Made by a program: the position numbers and the translations under genes
In this document: in pieces, positions 9,283-18,680 of the stretch
Layout: each line of letters starts with the position of its first letter
How positions within the stretch are numbered: the first letter of the stretch is position 1
Notes under the pieces: generated by a model
Seen by the model: only the letters and a program-made list of their open reading frames with translations
What the model was told of the DNA's origin: nothing
The model's database searches: none
Source of the DNA: Phormidesmis sp.
GTDB taxonomy: Bacteria > Cyanobacteriota > Cyanobacteriia > Leptolyngbyales > Leptolyngbyaceae
NCBI GenBank assembly: GCA_965248535.1
Contig: CBDFJR010000005.1
Location: forward strand, 928,001-992,000
DNA: 64,000 nucleotides
Direction of reading: 5' to 3'

Positions 9283-10599
9283 TCACAGGTACGGTTTAAG
9301 CTGCTTAAATATTTCATTGGTTTCATATCCGGGTAGTTCATGAATACGGCTCTTTAATATCTCAGATTGGTACTTTGTTGGTGTTGTAAAGCTCCGATTG
9401 TAATTAGAAATCCATCTTTTTACTTCCATATCCACTCTTTGAACAAGTTCAGCTGAATTAGGCGAATTTATTAACCAGAGAAGAAACATTACTTGATCCC
9501 ATTTATCCCGAACTCTATTGAGAGAAAAAGCACATGATTTCATCACAGGATTAGAATCAACAGAACACAAATCTATTAACTCTGGTTCGCTCAATCTCAT
9601 TCTAGCTTGCCGCATTAACCTTGCTGACTCCTTAGCTACACCTGGAGAAGTATCTCGTATCCCAATAGTAAGATATTGTTCAGATTTCTCTCTGTCTAGT
9701 CTAACTAATGCTTGTAGGCTGGCTTTTCGCAGACAAGAGTATTCACTTTTTAGATACTCTGATATAGCACTTATTGCCGCAATACAATTAATTTCAGACA
9801 ACCCTAACAATGCACTTCTCAATTGTCTTAACTTACTTTGCTTCGCAGATAGCTTTTGCAAATACAGACTCTGAACATCAACACTTATTTCAACTAATTT
9901 CTTGACAGCAATTTCTCTGATCGAAGCGTGACGGTCAAATGCAAATAATTCAAGAAGATTTTTAGAAGTGTCTGAAAATCGATTCAAAGACAATAATAAG
10001 GTTGTACGTCGGACGGGCATAAATGGATCTTGAAGACCAAATTTCATGACTTCTTTCAGTTGATCATCCGCAAGCAAATTAAACAAATTAGCTATAGTAG
10101 AGCGAACTACAATGTCATGACTGCCTATGCAGTGGAGTACGATTTGGTATGGCTGCAACAGCTGATGATCGATGGTTAAGTGCAGGCAACAACGCGCCAC
10201 AAGGGGATTAGCACTTGTGCACCCATCTACAACTTTCGCTTTATTCTCTCCACTAAGTAGAAACGATTCAACGGCTGTGATTAGCTCGCTATGATCGTCT
10301 CTATAACAATTCTCAAGATGATAAATATTGGGCAGCGCATCGATAAACGCCAATGCGTTTTCTTCGATTAACAATTCTTTAAGTGCTGTATATGAAGCAG
10401 ATCTTACCTGTGGAACCCAATCATTTGCCCGTTTAATGAGTATAGGAAGTGTGATCGAAGTGCCAACCAGCCCCAATTGACGAACTGCCTTTTCTCGTTC
10501 ATAGCCGTTCCAACTATCTGCCAGTTTCAGAAGCTCATCGATACTCTTCTGCTTGTAGAACCATTGATGCCACTTTTTCAAAAGCCCTCCTCGACCCAC
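9283..10599 (-). CDS. HEAT-repeat protein
   Basis: NGYEREKAVR.L..RANDWVPQVR, DPFMPVR, DRHASIREIA, DTSPGVAKESAR helical repeats; GTG start uncertain. Confidence 0.8.
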   Translation of the reverse strand: MGRGGLLKKWHQWFYKQKSIDELLKLADSWNGYEREKAVRQLGLVGTSITLPILIKRANDWVPQVRSASYTALKELLIEENALAFIDALPNIYHLENCYRDDHSELITAVESFLLSGENKAKVVDGCTSANPLVARCCLHLTIDHQLLQPYQIVLHCIGSHDIVVRSTIANLFNLLADDQLKEVMKFGLQDPFMPVRRTTLLLSLNRFSDTSKNLLELFAFDRHASIREIAVKKLVEISVDVQSLYLQKLSAKQSKLRQLRSALLGLSEINCIAAISAISEYLKSEYSCLRKASLQALVRLDREKSEQYLTIGIRDTSPGVAKESARLMRQARMRLSEPELIDLCSVDSNPVMKSCAFSLNRVRDKWDQVMFLLWLINSPNSAELVQRVDMEVKRWISNYNRSFTTPTKYQSEILKSRIHELPGYETNEIFKQLKPYL

Positions 10600-10608
10600 T
10601 GATGTTGA

Positions 10609-10770
10609 GAAAGCTAACTACTATTTCTGCCGTTTGAACTCCTATCAAACAGGATAAATGCCTCTCTCAGGGAAATTATGCTGTATGCAAACCGGATAAC
10701 GCCCATTATTTTAGGAATTATACTGAATTTCCACAGGATAACTCTCCGATTTCGGGTAATTATACGGAAT
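10609..10770 (-). other. Putative attI-like site with three 42-bp phased direct repeats and possible cassette promoter
   Basis: Minus-strand GTTAGCTTTC (10618-10609) has no attC arm beside it. GGATAA at 10652/10694/10736 and AATTAT at 10674/10716/10758. Minus-strand TATAAT at 10717-10722 and 10759-10764. Confidence 0.6.
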
Positions 10771-10952
10771 GGCACTCAGGTTTTTCGATTCTAAGGGAGC
10801 CAAAAGTAAATTGTCTCGTTCCGATGAATCAGTCATGGCGCTGAGTCGATCGAGTCCCTGCCGTTGCTCGACTGGAACATAAATTAGGGAGAAGTTACGA
10901 TCGCGTCCCTCTCCCTCAAAAAGTCAGCATTCCAAAAAACAAAAAACTCTTG

Positions 10953-11195
10953 TACAATACACCGCAGTGATGGAGTTGTGCCCCGGAAATCTGATCGGCT
11001 AAATCAGACTCCGAGGACTTCCATCCCTAGTTAGACCAATTAACTCAGGAGGCGTTCATGATTGTACACCGTCGGCTTTGCTATGGGATCTTGAAAGGCT
11101 GGAATCAAGATCCTGCATACAGTTTTCACCCCAACCAAATGTCTGAGAGATCCGTGTTTTTGTCCTCTTTAACTTAACTAAGAGGACAAAAACAT
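10953..11195 (+). promoter_or_regulatory. Structured leader with putative uORF and RBS-sequestering hairpin
   Basis: TACAAT at 10953; nested hairpin 10969-11025; AGGAGG at 11047; 39-aa ORF 11058-11177; perfect 15-bp inverted repeat 11155-11169/11180-11194. Confidence 0.5.
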
Positions 11196-11565
11196 GGGAG
11201 TTAGGACGATCGTGCCTAGCTCGATTTCGTTCACCGTTGAGTTGCGATGCTCAATCGAAAAGCGTTATCGAGTTAGCGTGGTTTTGGATTTACAAGAGCG
11301 TTATCTTTTTGTGCCGTCTGGCATTCTCGTGAATGTTGGCGATCGCATTGAAGAGTTCGTCTCAGAACTGAGTGAGATTGCGTCTAATCAACTGGCATTT
11401 CTGAAGTGGGATGACACCAGTGATTTGACCACAGAGTATCAAGTTGTTCGAGTGTTGCCTGGTTATCAGGTTGAACGTTCTTTAATGAAGTTCAACATTG
11501 TTCTGGGTAATGGTGCACTGATTCAAGTAGAGGAGTTGCACAACAAAACGACGATTCAACTGTAG
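11194..11565 (+). CDS. Hypothetical protein
   Basis: 123-aa ORF with AAGAGGA RBS, followed by a hairpin. Confidence 0.65.
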   Translation: MGVRTIVPSSISFTVELRCSIEKRYRVSVVLDLQERYLFVPSGILVNVGDRIEEFVSELSEIASNQLAFLKWDDTSDLTTEYQVVRVLPGYQVERSLMKFNIVLGNGALIQVEELHNKTTIQL

Positions 11566-11573
11566 GACGGTGA

Positions 11574-11611
11574 GTTAGGGAGTCGTCAATATTTGAGAAA
11601 CGCTCCCTAAC
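11574..11611 (+). terminator. Hairpin, likely terminator
   Basis: GTTAGGGAG..CTCCCTAAC followed by TTT. Confidence 0.5.
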
Positions 11612-11745
11612 TTTAGACTTCTCGTTTGGTCATCATCAGATCGTGAAGTGACCTTAGCATCGCACGCTCTGAGCAGAAAATTTGATTCCTGACTTTTGGG
11701 GTGAATCCAGGTTTATACTGACAGGCATCGTGATCGGTTTGCCCT

Positions 11746-12447
11746 GTGAGTTCGACTTCAAACCCTAGATTAGCGCTTAAATGGAGCATCCAACCCCGGT
11801 TGCTGTTGTCTATCTTTTTGGCGGGGTTGGTTGCTGTCTTGCTGCCAGGCTGGTTTCATTGGGCAACTCGCCTACTGTGCATTTGGGACACGGGCATGAT
11901 TAGCTTTTTAGGCTTATCTTGGTGGCTGATGCTGAATGCCACCCCTGATTCGATGCGCCGTCATGCTCAACAAGAAGACGCTGGGCGTTTGATGATTCTC
12001 AGCTTGATTACGGCGGCGGCTTGTGCAAGTTTGTCGGCGATCGGGTTCATTTTGCACGACAAAGGGGTTAATAACCAACTGCTAGTTTTGCATCTGGCCC
12101 TATCAGTTACCACAATTGTGGGGTCTTGGCTGTTGGTGCATACCATTTTTGCTTCTCACTATGCCCACGCCTACTATAAAACCGGAAAATCGCTGAACGA
12201 ATGTAAAGAAGACGGCTTAGATTTTCCGGGAGATATTGAGCCAGACTATTGGGATTTTCTCTACTTCTCGTTTGTGATTGGGATGACGAGTCAAACGTCA
12301 GATGTAGAGGTGACCTCTCGCCAGATTCGACGGCTCTCACTGACAATCAACATTATGCATGGTGTGCTGTCGTTTTTCTTTAACACGACGATCGTGGCGA
12401 TGACCATCAATATCATATTGCGGAACCGTCTCATGGGTTTCTGTTAA
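11746..12447 (+). CDS. DUF1345 membrane protein
   Basis: GLDFPG..EPDYWDFLYFSFVIGMTSQTSDV..HGVLSFFFNT; the C-terminus looks altered. Confidence 0.88.
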   Translation: MSSTSNPRLALKWSIQPRLLLSIFLAGLVAVLLPGWFHWATRLLCIWDTGMISFLGLSWWLMLNATPDSMRRHAQQEDAGRLMILSLITAAACASLSAIGFILHDKGVNNQLLVLHLALSVTTIVGSWLLVHTIFASHYAHAYYKTGKSLNECKEDGLDFPGDIEPDYWDFLYFSFVIGMTSQTSDVEVTSRQIRRLSLTINIMHGVLSFFFNTTIVAMTINIILRNRLMGFC

Positions 12448-13836
12448 TCTGGGAGCTTGCCCCCCGATCCGGTTCGCCTTGTAGGAGATCGGGGTTTTGT
12501 TCAGAATATAACGGGCAGGTAGGATGCTTTGGCTTTCATCTCTTGGGAAAGATGTGATGAATATCGAAGTCGGTTTCGGCAAGTTTGGGTGCTGACTAGC
12601 AGGGCAGCACTGTTACGTGGAAATGCCCGAACCTGCCCTTAACCCACTTGGCTGCCATGCGGGTTTCAACGGCTCCTCCATAAAGCTCTCCCAGAATGCC
12701 ACACCAAAACCAACGGGCAAGTTTGTCATAGATCTTGGGCTGAAGCCAGTCGTCGCCCAATAGAGCTAAAACGGCAGCAAGCGGCACAAGTTGAGTGCTA
12801 TAGGGCAGGTCGCGGGTTGAAAAGAAGGATTCTTTACGGAGAAACTTTGCGGCTTTCCAAAAGCCCTCAGTGAGCTTGGGTTGCCATTGCTGGTAGGCAG
12901 CTAAGGGTAGAGACAGAACTGCTTCACGCTTGGCGCTGACCCCTGTGACTTGCTTGCCTGTTTTGCCTAATAGAAGATCTGCTTGACGCTTTTCCCAAGT
13001 GTGCAGCAGAGACAGCGCTTGCAAAAATTCAGTCGGCTGCACCTGCCCTAATAGTCTCTGCTTTGAGAGTTTCCGGTGAATGCCTTCGATCTTCTCTTTT
13101 ACGTTGCCATACCACTCGTCTCGCATGTTGACGTTATCGGCAGCGTAGGTGGCTGTGACAATCAAATACAGAAAGAGCAACGCCTCCAGTATTGACCTTC
13201 TCGAAGACGAGACAGACGGCTTCCTTCTTGTTTTCCTTGCTGGTTCATGATGGGGACATTATATTGCGGAACTCATTGAGAACCACTGGAATTGCGCGTA
13301 CCGCCCAAACTTACATTGTAGGCAAGTAACCCTTCCTCCCAATCGTCAGAGTTGAGGATTTGATTGCAGGGGAAAAAGAAGTTCTCGTATTCTTTCTCTG
13401 AACTGAGATCGAGTTTAATATCGCGACCGAAGTTTTCTTTGATGACTCGATTTTCGTCTACGCCGATGATGGCGTTTTCATAATTCTCCTGTCCTTCTAA
13501 TGCCTCGATATCAATGTAGTAATAACGCTTGAGTGATTTTCCTGTACTATCTACAGGCTGCTTGAGCATCAGCACTTGAGTTGAGGCGTTGTCATCAAGA
13601 ATGAGTTGCTCTGTGTCTTCAGGTTTGATTTTGGTTGCATCTAGTCCTCGACGGGGCGCACTTTAAAATCGCCGCCTGCTTCTGATCATGACGGCTCCGA
13701 TCGGGAAGGCAAGCAATGCTCACTAACAGAGATTGAAAAGACCCATCCTCGCTGAAAGTCGGGCAGTTGGTTTGCCGGAGACAATATCACGGAGCAAATC
13801 AGCGAGGCGTTTTTTGGTGGAGTCGAAGTTAGACAT
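12430..13836 (-). pseudogene. Degraded GmrSD-type (DUF262 + HNH) restriction endonuclease gene
   Basis: Fragments in order: MSNFDSTKKRLADLL..LPDFQRGW (from 13836), EAVCLVFEKVNTGGV, WFWCGILGELYGGAVETR, DIHHIFP..NKTPISYKANR; many frameshifts and microdeletions. Confidence 0.8.
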
Positions 13837-13981
13837 ACTGCTTCTCTACTCTGGGTCTGGGTCATTTTAACAACAGATTGCTGTTCTACAGAGTGCCCAC
13901 AACTTTATGAAGTGTGACCTCAAACGCTGGTGTTGCTGGTTGATAGGTCTCGATCGTAGCTTGATTCTTCTAAACCAAAGG

Positions 13982-14137
13982 GCGTTTGCTGCAAACCAAC
14001 ATGCATTTGCTCCAAGCCAACATGTATTTGCTGCAAACCAACATGCATTTGCTCCAAGTCAACATGCATTTGCTGTAAATCAAGATGCGTTTGCTCCAAA
14101 CCAAGATGCATTTGCAGCAAGCCAACATGCATTTGCA
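13982..14137. repeat. 21-bp tandem repeat, about 7.4 copies
   Basis: Consensus GCATTTGCT(C/G)CAA(A/G)CCAACAT, repeated head to tail with no spacers. Confidence 0.92.
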
Positions 14138-14287
14138 TAAATCTCATCCGAAATGTTACCTAGGGTCTTCGTGTAGTCACTATTCATGACCCTTGAATGC
14201 CTCACCGGATCATGATCTGCCAAGGTTAGATTTTTTCTGATCTGTGAAGGGATTAATAAGGTCACCTGTTTTTTACTATCACCGTTT

Positions 14288-14872
14288 ATGCACTATCCGT
14301 TAGAACTCAAATTTAAGCTGTGGGCATTTGCTCCCCAACTGTCGGTCACCGATAGCCAAGGCAACCTCGCCCTCTGCGTTCGTCAAAAACTCTGGAAGCT
14401 CAAAGAAGCGATCGACGTGTTTTCTGACATTGAGCGCACCCATCAGCTTTACAGCATCAAAGCCGATCGCATCATTGACTTTTCTGCTCGATATCACTTC
14501 AGCGATCGCACAGGTCACTCTCTAGGTGCCGTCAAACGTCGCGGCATGAAGTCTCTCTGGAAAGCTCACTACGACATCTTTGACGGTGAAACAGTCGTCT
14601 TCACGATTCAAGAAGAAAACCCCTGGATCAAAGTGATGGATAGCCTCTGTGCCGAAATTCCGATTTTGGGACTGTTTACAGGCTATGTGTTTAACCCAAC
14701 CTATCTAGTCAGCCGATCTGATGGCAGACAAGTAATGCACCTCTCAAAACAGCCCACCTTTTTGTCTAGAATCTTTTCGATTAAAAAGGTGGATGGGATG
14801 AGCGATCGTGAAGAAACTCAAGTCGTGTTAAGCCTGCTGATGATGCTCTTATTAGAGCGCAATCGTGGTTAA
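14288..14872 (+). CDS. LURP-one/scramblase-like conserved protein
   Basis: VRQKLWKLKEAIDVF..IKADRIIDFSARY..GAVKRRGMKSLWKAHY. Confidence 0.7.
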   Translation: MHYPLELKFKLWAFAPQLSVTDSQGNLALCVRQKLWKLKEAIDVFSDIERTHQLYSIKADRIIDFSARYHFSDRTGHSLGAVKRRGMKSLWKAHYDIFDGETVVFTIQEENPWIKVMDSLCAEIPILGLFTGYVFNPTYLVSRSDGRQVMHLSKQPTFLSRIFSIKKVDGMSDREETQVVLSLLMMLLLERNRG

Positions 14873-15016
14873 AACTCACGAGATCCCCCTTTAGAATCTT
14901 GCCAGTCACCCCAGTGCCATCAAGCATCTATGCCCACCCAAGGCAAAGTTTGATGAATCAAACGTCACAAAGTTTAATAAAATAACGTTACTCACAGATA
15001 AGTATTTTTGCCTATC

Positions 15017-16655
15017 ATGCTGCTAGCCGATCGCTTCCCCTGGCTGACCACGATTGTTTTGCTGCCGCTCATTGCTTCGCTGGTGATTCCCTTTCTGCCT
15101 GACAAAAATGGCAAGATCATCCGCTGGTATGCCCTTGGCGTAGGCTTTGCTGACTTTGCTCTGATGTGCTATGTCTTTTGGAAGCACTACGATGCCAGCA
15201 ATCCGGCGCTGCAACTCGTAGAACACTATGCCTGGATACCGCAGTTGGGGTTAAGCTGGGCGGTCTCAGTCGATGGGTTATCGCTGCCGTTTGTGCTGTT
15301 GGCAGGGTTTGTGACGACGCTCTCAATGTTTGGGGCTTGGCAGGTCGATCGCCGACCTAAACTTTTTTACTTCCTCATGTTGATGCTTTATGCCGCACAG
15401 GTTGGCGTGTTTGTCGCCCAAGATCTCGTGCTGCTGTTCATCATGTGGGAAGTCGAATTGATTCCGGTCTATCTATTAATCTGCATCTGGGGCGGGCAAA
15501 AGCGTCGCTATGCAGCCACTAAGTTTTTAATCTACACAGCCGCCGCTTCTATCTTTATTTTGGTCGCTGCTTTGGCAATGGCGCTCTATGGCGATCGGGT
15601 CACCTTTGATATGGTCGAGCTTGGTTTAAAAAACTATCCCCTAGGGTTAGAACTGTTCCTCTACGCAGGATTGTTGATTGCCTTCGGAGTCAAGCTTGCC
15701 GTGTTTCCCATGCACACCTGGCTTCCTGATGCCCACGGTGAAGCGTCGGCTCCCGTGTCGATGATTTTGGCTGGAGTCTTGCTCAAAATGGGAGGCTATG
15801 GCTTGATTCGTCTCAACATGGGGCTGCTGCCCGATGCCCATGTTTATTTTGCGCCGCTGCTGGCAATGTTGGGCGTGAGTCAATATTGTCTATGGGGCGT
15901 TTAACTCGTTTGCTCAATCTAATATGAAGCGCCGCCTAGCCTATTCGTCGATCTCTCACATGGGCTTTGTGCTGCTGGGCATTGCCTCTTTTACTGATTT
16001 GGGCATCAGCGGGGCGATGTTGCAGATGATTTCTCACGGGCTGATTGCCTCGGTGCTGTTCTTTTTAGCAGGGGTGACCTACGATCGCACCCACACCATG
16101 GCTATGGATGACATGGGCGGCATTGGTCAAGTTATGCCCAAAGTGTTTGCGCTGTTTACGGCAGCGTCAATGGCCTCACTAGCCCTACCGGGAATGAGCG
16201 GGTTTGCTAGTGAAATCTCAGTGTTTGTGGGTTTGACCACGAGTGACGCTTACAGTTCGCTGTTTCGCGCTGTGACTGTGTTTTTGGCGGCGATCGGGGT
16301 CATTCTTACGCCAATTTATCTGCTCTCAATGCTGCGCCAAGTCTTCTATGATTCAGGGGCTGCCCCCGACTGCGATGTGACCAGTGAAGGCTTAAAAGCG
16401 TTAGAAAATCAGGGAGCCGTTTGTTTTGGCACCAACTGCGTTTTGCCTGCCGATGCCGATTTTAGCGATGCTAGACCTCGTGAAGTGTTTATTGCAGGCT
16501 GCTTTTTGGTGCTGATCATCGGCTTTGGGTTCTATCCTAAGTTGGCGACTCAACTCTATGACGCGAAAACAGTCGCGATCACGGCTCAAGCTCGTCAATC
16601 TTATGTTCAAATCGCTCAAACAACCCAGCGATCGTCGTTTAGTCCACAATCCTAA
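15017..16655 (+). CDS. ndhD: NDH-1 subunit 4 (NdhD/NuoM), split by one frameshift near 15878
   Basis: [42 protein letters not shown], then [16 protein letters not shown]; removing one A in GTG-A-GTC joins the two ORFs. Confidence 0.92.
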
Positions 16656-16730
16656 GGAACGTGGATTGACTATAGAAGTCAAGATAATGCCTAATACCAA
16701 TTTGATTTGTGAATGCGACAGATCCGCAAG

Positions 16731-16787
16731 AGGGCACGGCATGCCGTGCCCGTACAAAAAGCGTAGGGGCATGGCATGCCGTGCCCC
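16731..16787. repeat. Pair of GTAG-type REP-like palindromes
   Basis: AGGGCACGGCATGCCGTGCCCGTAC and GTAGGGGCATGGCATGCCGTGCCCC; a similar copy is at 61101. Confidence 0.7.
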
Positions 16788-16854
16788 GTCGGATTGAACG
16801 ATCAGTCGCAATTGCATCCGAAATTGGTATAAGAGCAGAAGTTATGAGCAAGAG

Positions 16855-17073
16855 TTGATGGGTTATCTACAAGACTCTGAACGGGCCGTTGCCTATCTAA
16901 ATGCGGCGTTAGAGGAGGAAGATTTGGAGTTGTTTTGGGTGGCGTTGCAGAATGTGGCAAAGGCGAGAGGGAAAGGAGATGATTGGTTTGAGCGATTGTC
17001 GGTTCAAACTCCGGCAGTGGAGGGCAAGGTAGAGCAGTTGTTTTTCTTGTTGAAGGAGTTAGGCTGGGGTTGA
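16855..17073 (+). CDS. Addiction-module antidote-like protein (possibly truncated)
   Basis: AVAYLNAALEEED..F..ALQNVAKARG. Confidence 0.65.
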   Translation: MMGYLQDSERAVAYLNAALEEEDLELFWVALQNVAKARGKGDDWFERLSVQTPAVEGKVEQLFFLLKELGWG

Positions 17074-17221
17074 AATCAATGGAATCATCCCAAACGTCCT
17101 AGTTCGGTTAAGTCTCTGCGATCGCGCCCTAAATCAAAACTTTCTAACTCTGAAGCCCGATTGCGTCCCTCTTCTCTAGGCTAGATTAAAATCAAACCAG
17201 CAAAATTCTTATCTTCAAATC

Positions 17222-17491
17222 ATGACGCTCTCGTTTACTCCAGAGATTGAGCAGTTCATTCATAGCCAAATTTCGAGTGGTCGATATGCGACGATCGAGG
17301 AAATCATTTTGGCTGCACTGAAACTGTTACAAAACCAAGAAGCTCTTTATCAAGGACGATTTGAGGAGCTTCGCCAAGAGGTTTTGGTGGGAGTGGAGGA
17401 GGCAGATCGGGGGGAATTAATTGACCAGGAAACCGTGTTTAGTCAGTTACAAGCCAGATTAGAGCAGCGACGTGCCCAGGCAGAAGAATGA
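17222..17491 (+). CDS. ParD-family antitoxin
   Basis: FI.SQISSGRYAT.EEII.AALKLL..ELRQEV.VG.EEADRGE. Confidence 0.88.
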   Translation: MTLSFTPEIEQFIHSQISSGRYATIEEIILAALKLLQNQEALYQGRFEELRQEVLVGVEEADRGELIDQETVFSQLQARLEQRRAQAEE

Positions 17492-17565
17492 GCCTTTGTC
17501 GGTTTACGCCCACTGCGAGTCGAGATATTGAAGGCATCATTGATTATGTTGCTCGATGGGGATGA
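17488..17565 (+). pseudogene. Truncated ParE toxin N-terminus
   Basis: ATGA overlap with parD; MSLCRFTPTASRDIEGIIDYVARWG*. Confidence 0.75.
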
Positions 17566-18046
17566 GAACTGAGCAGCGTAGGTAGGCGATCGAGAGATTC
17601 AAAGCCCGAACATTTCACTCTCCGAAGTGGCGGTTGCCTAAAAAATGCAGGATGTTCTCACTTCAGATGGGAATGTTTCTATTTTGAATGGCGATCACAT
17701 TTGAAGAAGGCATAATTTCACCTTAGATTAAGATGTTTTTGGTCAAGATAGAGTGAAATGCTCACTTCATGAAGGAGCAATCGCACTTTGGATCAATTAC
17801 TTAAGACAAATAAATACCCGGAAATAGACTGGTTAGATCTGTATGGTCTATGACAGGAAGAAATTACCTACCATGCCTGATGCATGGAATACATTGCTTA
17901 AGGAGTTCCTATATCGCAACAACCCAACAGCCAAGTCTGCTATGAGTCGAGTGATGGGTGTCCAAAAAGTCTAGAGGCTGTCTTGGAACAAGCCAAGCTG
18001 TGCATAGAGCAGCATTTAGAATCTATTGGAGATGAATACAAACTAA

Positions 18047-18622
18047 TTGGACTTTGTGTGGGATATGCCTTTGCCACGCCCGATGTCAAAAGCAGCGATT
18101 CCTCCACGGGTGCAAGCGCAGCAATATCAACTGATGGCAGCAGATTACCGCGATCGCTGGAACCAAGACTTCCCCATGAAGAAATTTGCCGAAGCGCTCT
18201 ATCAACTTCGCCTCAACGACGAGAAAGCCATTCCTCCCAATGAATTTCTGCAAGAACTGACTAGCATGGAAGACGAACAATACAAGATGGTCGTCAGTCG
18301 CCAATGGAAAGATGCCAAAGGAGAACCCCAGCATGAATGGTATTGTCGCCACGACAAGATCATGGAGTTCTTTATTGTGCAAACGTTTTTGGGTGATGGT
18401 GAAACTGCACAGAATCGTCTCATCGATCACATGGGAGATTCCCGTTTTCGAGGCGTTTACTTCTTATTAGCCACCTTACTTTCTCTCGACGCAGCCGCCG
18501 ACCTGCGCGAAAAGCTCATCCTCTATGCTGCAAACACTAAAGATCACACCGTCAGCGACACCTTTGTGCAACTCTTCCACAGCCGCGCCACCTTAAACGC
18601 CGAGGTTGCGAGTTTGATCTAG
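18047..18622 (+). pseudogene. Probable C-terminal fragment of a larger (NACHT/STAND-like) protein
   Basis: No good start; RHDKIMEFF resembles the winged-helix FxH motif; follows a stop-riddled segment at 17600-18050. Confidence 0.45.
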
Positions 18623-18680
18623 ACCGATCGCTCCTTTTTCCCCACATAGGCGATGTCAGATAGCAGTCTCGATCGCGCGT

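Noticed and set aside
10965..11025. Fluoride (crcB) riboswitch suggested by GTGATGGAGTT
   Set aside because: The remaining conserved elements (paired P1, CTRATGAC) are not evident.
10780..11200. Integron integrase gene or remnant
   Set aside because: No ORF or tyrosine recombinase motifs recognisable.
11574..11611. Additional attC (GTTAGGG..CCCTAAC)
   Set aside because: Cores are in the wrong order and it is too short; better read as a terminator hairpin.
12416..13272. 12-bp direct repeat ATATTGCGGAAC as a target-site duplication
   Set aside because: The second copy is internal to GmrSD coding remnants and no element lies between the copies.
13982..14137. CRISPR array
   Set aside because: Units are contiguous with no unique spacers, and there are no cas genes in the window.
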